Part shown: in pieces, positions 59,288-64,000 of the stretch
Layout: each line of letters opens with the position of its first letter
Position numbering within the stretch: the stretch's first letter is position 1
Origin: a bacterium
Lineage (GTDB): Bacteria; Patescibacteriota; Patescibacteriia; UBA1558; UBA10009
DNA length: 64,000 bases
Assembly: GCA_018672055.1 (NCBI GenBank)
Contig: JABHGM010000001.1
Location: forward strand, 672,977-736,976
Direction: 5' to 3'
Translations under genes and position numbers: made by a program
Notes under the pieces: model-generated
The model's database searches: none
The model's input: the letters and a program-made list of their open reading frames with translations, nothing else
Told to the model about the DNA's origin: nothing

Positions 59288-59512
59288 ATGACTAAAAATC
59301 ATAATAAATACACTACTATCTCTATACCTGTTCAGCTTAATGAAAAGCTGAAAGATCTAATAAAGGATACTGGTTTTAATTCAGCATCTTCTTTTGTTAC
59401 TTATGTCTTAAGACAAATTGTTTCAGAAGGAGTTAATTCAAAAGAAGGCTTTACTAAATCAGATGAACAAAAGGTAAAAGATAGATTAAAAAGTCTAGGC
59501 TACTTAAAATAG
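59288..59512 (+). CDS. Small ribbon-helix-helix (CopG/Arc-like) protein
   Basis: TISIPVQLNEKLKDLIKDTGFNSASSFVTYVLRQIV fits a beta-strand, helix, helix RHH DNA-binding fold; 74 aa, 2 nt before cysD. Confidence 0.4.
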   Translation: MTKNHNKYTTISIPVQLNEKLKDLIKDTGFNSASSFVTYVLRQIVSEGVNSKEGFTKSDEQKVKDRLKSLGYLK

Positions 59513-59513
59513 T

Positions 59514-60317
59514 ATGGATCATTTAGATGAGCTAGAAAATAAATCAATATATATTATTAGAGAAGCTTTTCATGATTTTAAAGACATGGCTCTTTTATGG
59601 TCTATTGGTAAAGACTCGACTACCCTACTTTGGCTTTGCATGAAAGCTTTTTTTGGTAAACTACCTTTTCCAGCAGTTCACATTGACACTACTTTTAAGT
59701 TTCCTGAAATGTATGAGTTTCGCGATAAGTACGCTAAAGAGTTTAATTTAAACTTAATTGTTGGTAAAAATGAAGAAGCTTTAAAAAAAGGAGTGAATTA
59801 CCAAGACACTGATACTTTTGAATGCACTCACCTCTTAAAAACAGAAGCTTTAAAACAAACTATTGCAAAACATAAGTTTAAAGCATTATTAGTTGGTATA
59901 AGACGTGATGAACATGGTATTAGAGCTAAAGAAAGATACTTTTCACCTAGAAATAAAGATTTTAAATGGAATTACAAAGATCAACCTGCAGAACTATGGG
60001 ATCAATATAAGTCAAAAGCAGAAGAAGATGTTCATTTAAGAGTTCATCCTCTACTCCATTGGACTGAACAAGATATTTGGGAATATACTAAGCGAGAAAA
60101 TATTCCAGTTAACAAACTTTACTTTGCAAAAGATGGTAAACGTTTTAGAAGTTTAGGTTGTATGCCAATTACTAAACCAATTAAATCAGAAGCAGATACA
60201 ATAGATAAAGTAATTGAAGAAATTAAAAATACCAAAGAAGCAGAAAGAGCAGGCAGATTACAAGATAAAGAACAAGCAAATACTATGGAAAAATTAAGAA
60301 GCTTAGGTTACATGTAA
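59514..60317 (+). CDS. cysD: Sulfate adenylyltransferase subunit 2
   Basis: PAPS-reductase-like PP-loop (SIGKDSTTLLWL) and full-length CysD/NodP similarity; 267 aa. Confidence 0.85.
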   Translation: MDHLDELENKSIYIIREAFHDFKDMALLWSIGKDSTTLLWLCMKAFFGKLPFPAVHIDTTFKFPEMYEFRDKYAKEFNLNLIVGKNEEALKKGVNYQDTDTFECTHLLKTEALKQTIAKHKFKALLVGIRRDEHGIRAKERYFSPRNKDFKWNYKDQPAELWDQYKSKAEEDVHLRVHPLLHWTEQDIWEYTKRENIPVNKLYFAKDGKRFRSLGCMPITKPIKSEADTIDKVIEEIKNTKEAERAGRLQDKEQANTMEKLRSLGYM

Positions 60318-60318
60318 T

Positions 60319-61524
60319 ATGATAAAAGAATATTTAAAATTTGTAATAGTTGGACATGTTGATCACGGTAAGTCTTCTTTAATTGGCAGATTACTTTTTG
60401 ATACTAAGTCTATTCCACAAGAAAAAATAGATGAAGTAAAAACCGTTTGCGAAGCACTAGGCAAAGACTTTGAATTCTCTTACCTCATGGATTATTTAAC
60501 TGAGGAAAGAGAAAAAAATATTACTATAGATACAACGCAAACTTTTTTTAAAACTAAACAAAGAGATTACGTTATTATAGATGCTCCAGGACATAAGGAA
60601 TTTTTAAAAAACATGATAACTGGTTCTTCTCTAGCAGAAGCTGCCATACTTATTGTAGATGCTGATGAAGGTATAAAAGAACAAACTAAAAGACATGCAT
60701 ACCTATTAAACCTACTTAATTTAAAACAAATAATTGTTGTTATAAATAAAATGGATTTAGTAGATTACCAAGAAAAACGTTTTAAAGAAGTAGAACAAGA
60801 AGTAATAACTCATTTAAATAAACTTAATTTAAAACCAAACTATATTATCCCCATATCTGCTAAAAATGGTGATAATATAGCTACTAAGGATAATAATTTA
60901 AATTGGTTTCAAGGTCCAACTGTTTTAGATGCTCTAGATTCATTTACTAATCAATTTCAAGAAGAAAACCTTCCTTTAAGACTCCCCGTACAAGATATCT
61001 ATGAAGATATGGTAGTTGGTAGAATTGAGAGTGGTAAGATAGAAAAAAACCAAGAAATTACTATTTTACCTAGTAATGTGAGTAATAAAGTATTATCCAT
61101 TAAAAAGTGGCGTGAAGAGCTAGATTTAGCTTCTTACGGACATTCAATTGGTTTAAAGTTAGATGATATACAAGTTAAAAGAGGTCAGATTATATGTGAT
61201 AAAGATAACTTACCTCAAGTAGTAAATAATTTTAAAGCAACTATATTTTGGATGAGTAGTAATGAAATAAAAGTAAATGAAATAGTATCTCTTAAAATAG
61301 TTACTCAAGAACAAGATGTAGTAATTAAAAAAATCCATAAACTTATGGACTCCTCTACTTTAGAAGAAATAGATGGTGATGTTATAAAAGAAACATATAT
61401 TGCAGAAGTAGAATTTAAATCAGATAAACCACTCGTAATCGAGAATTATAATAAGATACCAGAAATGGGTAGATTTGTTTTAATACAAAATGAAGATATT
61501 GTAGCTGGTGGAATTATAGTATAA
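60319..61524 (+). CDS. cysN: Sulfate adenylyltransferase subunit 1 (GTPase), without fused APS-kinase domain
   Basis: GHVDHGKSSLIGRLL G1, DAPGHKEF, NKMDL motifs and EF-Tu-like domains II/III; 401 aa. Confidence 0.85.
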   Translation: MIKEYLKFVIVGHVDHGKSSLIGRLLFDTKSIPQEKIDEVKTVCEALGKDFEFSYLMDYLTEEREKNITIDTTQTFFKTKQRDYVIIDAPGHKEFLKNMITGSSLAEAAILIVDADEGIKEQTKRHAYLLNLLNLKQIIVVINKMDLVDYQEKRFKEVEQEVITHLNKLNLKPNYIIPISAKNGDNIATKDNNLNWFQGPTVLDALDSFTNQFQEENLPLRLPVQDIYEDMVVGRIESGKIEKNQEITILPSNVSNKVLSIKKWREELDLASYGHSIGLKLDDIQVKRGQIICDKDNLPQVVNNFKATIFWMSSNEIKVNEIVSLKIVTQEQDVVIKKIHKLMDSSTLEEIDGDVIKETYIAEVEFKSDKPLVIENYNKIPEMGRFVLIQNEDIVAGGIIV

Positions 61525-61553
61525 AAAAATCGCCGAGTGTATTACTCGACGAT
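61523..61553 (-). terminator. Terminator-like hairpin after the NUDIX gene (minus orientation)
   Basis: cgagt-gtatt-actcg with extended outer pairing, and an A7 on plus (U-run on the minus transcript). Confidence 0.45.
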
Positions 61554-61570
61554 CAATAAGTATATTTACT

Positions 61571-62134
61571 TTAATGTAAATGACGCTTAAGAACTTTCCG
61601 TTCAATTATTCTATTGGCAAGATATTGAACATATTCAGGGAAGTTTGTATTTACAAAATCAATGTCTTTATGAAAAGAAAATGAATCAAACCATTTAAGC
61701 GAAGTATGCTCATAATTATGTGTAATATCTTCCGCTTTAAACATTTCAGTAACAGATAATAGAAGCATATGTGGCCAAGCACTATCATGACGAGTTTCAT
61801 CTCCATCACAAGCCATAGTCATATAAGGAAGATCTAAATAATCAAATCTTTCAGATTCATACTTTAATCCAAGTTCTTCTTCTATTTCCCTACTGCATGT
61901 TTCTCCAGGTTCTTCAAATGCATTAATAACACCACCAGGAAAGCACCACATACCTTTAAACGGATCAATTGCTCTTTTTCCAAGTAAAAACTTACCATCT
62001 GCAGAAACAATTATCACATCGACAAAACTAATTGATACTGAGTTTAAAATCTTTCTCCAATCCTTATCAGAAAAATAAACTCTTTCTACTTCAGGTTTTT
62101 TTCCTGTTATAAAACAAGGTACTTTATTTGCCAT
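61571..62134 (-). CDS. NUDIX hydrolase
   Basis: Nudix box GGVINAFEEPGETCSREIEEELGL (Gx5Ex7REUxEExGU). Confidence 0.8.
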   Translation of the reverse strand: MANKVPCFITGKKPEVERVYFSDKDWRKILNSVSISFVDVIIVSADGKFLLGKRAIDPFKGMWCFPGGVINAFEEPGETCSREIEEELGLKYESERFDYLDLPYMTMACDGDETRHDSAWPHMLLLSVTEMFKAEDITHNYEHTSLKWFDSFSFHKDIDFVNTNFPEYVQYLANRIIERKVLKRHLH

Positions 62135-62267
62135 TTATTTTCTCTCCTATTCTATTCTGTTATATAAAAACGTAATATATTAAACTAGCATAAATATAAT
62201 AAATTGTCAATCATAATAGCAATAATATACTAATATTATTGCTATTTTAGTTAATTATAATAGATCA

Positions 62268-62296
62268 TTGACAATTTTGAATAAATATACTATACT
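62268..62296 (+). promoter_or_regulatory. Near-consensus sigma70 promoter for the 62333 gene
   Basis: TTGACA (62268-62273), 17-nt spacer, TATACT (62291-62296). SD aaggag 7-12 nt before the ATG at 62333. Confidence 0.55.
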
Positions 62297-62332
62297 AATA
62301 TATCAATTTGAAAATAAATAAGGAGAAAGATA

Positions 62333-62854
62333 ATGACTATTAAATATCGTAGTCGTAACGGTGATCTATTAGCTATAGATACATCTAATAAAGCCATTCT
62401 TGAATTCGGTTTTAATTCAGATGAGAAAATATTAATTCCAAGGATTAAAAAAGAAGGCAGAGTTATAGGAGTGGCAATCTTACCATGTGATATGTGTACT
62501 TTAAACAAAGGAGATATTGCTCTCTGGATCCAACTTAATGGAGAAGATGATCTTGTAACATTCCCTGATCCAAAAAATGATTTGGAAAAAATATATGAGA
62601 CTATTACTCAAGCTAGACTAGAAATCGACACTTCTGATAAAGCATGTAGAAAATTCGGATTCGAACACAATGATAAAGTAATACTTCCTTTATCTGGGGA
62701 TATAACCGGTACTATAATTGGTGTAGCAGATATGCCAGAAGAACCTGATGTAATTAAAAGAAATGAAAAATTTCTTTGGATTCATCTAGATGATACAGCG
62801 ATAAATGTCTTGGTTTTCTCTACATACCCTAAGAGTGAATTAAAAAAAATCTAA
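62333..62854 (+). CDS. Hypothetical cytoplasmic protein built from two tandem ~80-aa repeats
   Basis: Halves align: LAIDTSNKAILEFGFNSDEKILIPRIKKEGRVIGVAILP...LWIQLNGEDDLVTF versus LEIDTSDKACRKFGFEHNDKVILPLSGDITGTIIGVADMP...LWIHLDDTAINVLVF. Confidence 0.5.
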   Translation: MTIKYRSRNGDLLAIDTSNKAILEFGFNSDEKILIPRIKKEGRVIGVAILPCDMCTLNKGDIALWIQLNGEDDLVTFPDPKNDLEKIYETITQARLEIDTSDKACRKFGFEHNDKVILPLSGDITGTIIGVADMPEEPDVIKRNEKFLWIHLDDTAINVLVFSTYPKSELKKI

Positions 62855-62875
62855 AAAAAGATTTTACTTATCATA

Positions 62876-62904
62876 AAAGGACTTCCTAAAAGTCCTTTTT
62901 TTTA
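62876..62904. terminator. Bidirectional rho-independent terminator
   Basis: aaaggactt-cctaa-aagtccttt followed by T8. Serves the convergent 62333 (+) and deacetylase (-) genes. Confidence 0.65.
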
Positions 62905-63582
62905 TATCCATTTCTTAAAATCGTAACATCCTTTAAACCATAGATTAAATATCCAATTCGGAGTATCTACATCTAAAGAATCTCTATGTAATTTATATGA
63001 ATTACTTTTTTTATTATTAAAACCAGGTATTATACTAAAAGCGTATTTATAATTCTCACTTACTTTATTTATTACTTCCTTATTATAACTCTTCTTATCA
63101 CCAAAAGGATATGCAAAGTAATCAGATGGTACACTACCAGCTACTTCTTGATTTAATTCTTCATCATTTATCTTAGTTAAATACTTATGTGACATACTAT
63201 GACCACCTAAGGTATGACCTTTTTCTGTTAATAAGCTACTATACTCTTTAAAATCATCGTTAATAAAAAATAATGCTTTAATAGAGTATTTATCTAATAC
63301 TGGTAATATATATTCTAACCAATTACTATACCCATCATCAAAAGTAAATAATATATTTAATTTCTTTTTATCTAAGTTATTACTTTTAAAATCATCAATA
63401 CTTATTATATTATACTTACTCTTTAAGTACTTAACCTTTTCTTCAAACTTCCCTACTTCACTTTCTTTAATATCATGTAAACACCAAATACGTAGTAAAG
63501 GTTTATTAAGCATAATCCTTCTTAAAAAAGGTATACCTGTTAAGTAAAATAGTATTATTAAGATGTTACGTAATTTATTCAT
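62902..63582 (-). CDS. Polysaccharide deacetylase (NodB-homology, CE4) family protein
   Basis: N-terminal TM/signal, FTFDDGYSNW (motif 1 TFDDG) and GGHSMSH (His motif). Confidence 0.75.
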   Translation of the reverse strand: MNKLRNILIILFYLTGIPFLRRIMLNKPLLRIWCLHDIKESEVGKFEEKVKYLKSKYNIISIDDFKSNNLDKKKLNILFTFDDGYSNWLEYILPVLDKYSIKALFFINDDFKEYSSLLTEKGHTLGGHSMSHKYLTKINDEELNQEVAGSVPSDYFAYPFGDKKSYNKEVINKVSENYKYAFSIIPGFNNKKSNSYKLHRDSLDVDTPNWIFNLWFKGCYDFKKWI

Positions 63583-64000
63583 AATTATTGAATTTCAAAG
63601 CTAGATAAAATGTTCAAAAAATCATAATAAGTTAATCTATTGCCTTCTCCTGCCTTATAAGTTAATAAATATGAAGAACTCTCTCTCACTATAACTAAAC
63701 CAATATAAGGTGAACCTTCATAAACCTCTGTTGCTAAATATTTTATAGCAGGTTCATTATCTACCATAACAATACCTTGATGTTCTAATTTTTCATTATC
63801 AATCTGTATAATCTCACCTTCTTCAATTGAGCTTAATTTTTCATAAACATTTAATGACCAACTATAACTACCATAAGAAGTATTTTTATCATATGCTTTT
63901 TCAGCAAATATTTTTACTTCTTCGCAACCATCCGTGCATCTACTATTATTTATATCTGATTCTTTACTAAGAGCAAGCCTTAAAAAAGGTCTTATTTTTT

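Noticed and set aside
2807-62508. About 25 short ORFs (60-170 aa) in the six-frame track lie antisense to or overlap well-supported genes. Examples are 2807-3085, 3375-3569, 4993-5217, 5422-5658, 6374-6598, 8731-8934, 11143-11337, 13029-13241, 16474-16698, 17571-17759, 21778-21996, 23400-23789, 24534-24956, 25141-25326, 25813-26028, 30364-30615, 30401-30592, 34579-34788, 35203-35397, 39834-40073, 46989-47264, 57748-58020 and 62290-62508.
   Set aside because: All are shadow ORFs inside strongly supported coding regions on the opposite strand. They have low-complexity, stop-poor translations as expected for AT-rich DNA, and no RBS, promoter or homology signal.
63585-63767. 60-aa minus-strand ORF at the window edge.
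   Set aside because: It is short, has no RBS or homology, and may be the tail of a gene running off the end of the window in another frame. It was not called.
1-64000. Searched for CRISPR arrays, rRNA genes, transposases, integrases and phage genes.
   Set aside because: There are no regularly spaced direct repeats, no rRNA-like conserved stretches, and no DDE or tyrosine recombinase-like ORFs. The single tRNA is not flanked by an integrase or direct repeats.

Overview
This is an AT-rich (about 30% GC by eye), very gene-dense window, coded mostly on the minus strand, with many start/stop overlaps. Long ORFs are intact under the standard code and TAA, TAG and TGA are all used as stops. The ribosomal proteins are compact and there are lineage-typical losses: RpoA lacks its C-terminal domain and AlaRS lacks its C-terminal C-Ala domain. 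This suggests a small-genome, possibly CPR/Patescibacteria-like bacterium, but that placement is inference only.

Layout:
- 176-7482: surface-glycan locus 1, with two GT2, two GT1/GT4, a Wzy/ligase-like membrane protein and a Wzx flippase.
- 7558-14965 (minus strand): core string mnmA, membrane protein, alaS, infA, rpmJ, rpsM, rpsK, rpsD, rpoA, rplQ, rplM, rpsI.
- 15030-17850: a secreted coiled-coil protein, two paralogous small membrane-protein cassettes, and rpmA.
- 17900-26777: an RlpA-like/ftsE/ftsX operon, tRNA-Thr(CGU), a PpiC-type PPIase, an FtsB-like protein, an unknown 214-aa protein, lepA and murJ.
- 26778-27655: an ~870-bp hairpin-rich non-coding block with a strong minus-strand promoter, which is a candidate ncRNA or leader.
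- 27656-30322: an 888-aa lysine-rich membrane-anchored protein.
- 30381-61524: a ~31-kb glycan megalocus. It has about 9 GT2/GT4 glycosyltransferases, 2 PMT/ArnT-like GT-C enzymes, a Dpm1-like GT2, a Wzx flippase, 2 DegT aminotransferases, an FdtA-like ketoisomerase, a sugar N-formyltransferase, 4 SAM methyltransferases, 2 B12-binding radical SAM enzymes, 1 SPASM radical SAM, a UDP-GlcA epimerase, gmd/fcl, a P-loop protein, and cysD/cysN (ATP sulfurylase) at the far end.
- 61571-64000: a NUDIX hydrolase, an internally duplicated 173-aa protein with a near-consensus promoter, and a polysaccharide deacetylase.

I saw no CRISPR array, rRNA, transposase or integrase. The most interesting candidates are the heavily tailored (methyl/formamido/possibly sulfated) glycan locus with three radical-SAM enzymes, the RlpA-like gene coupled to FtsEX, and the structured non-coding block upstream of murJ.
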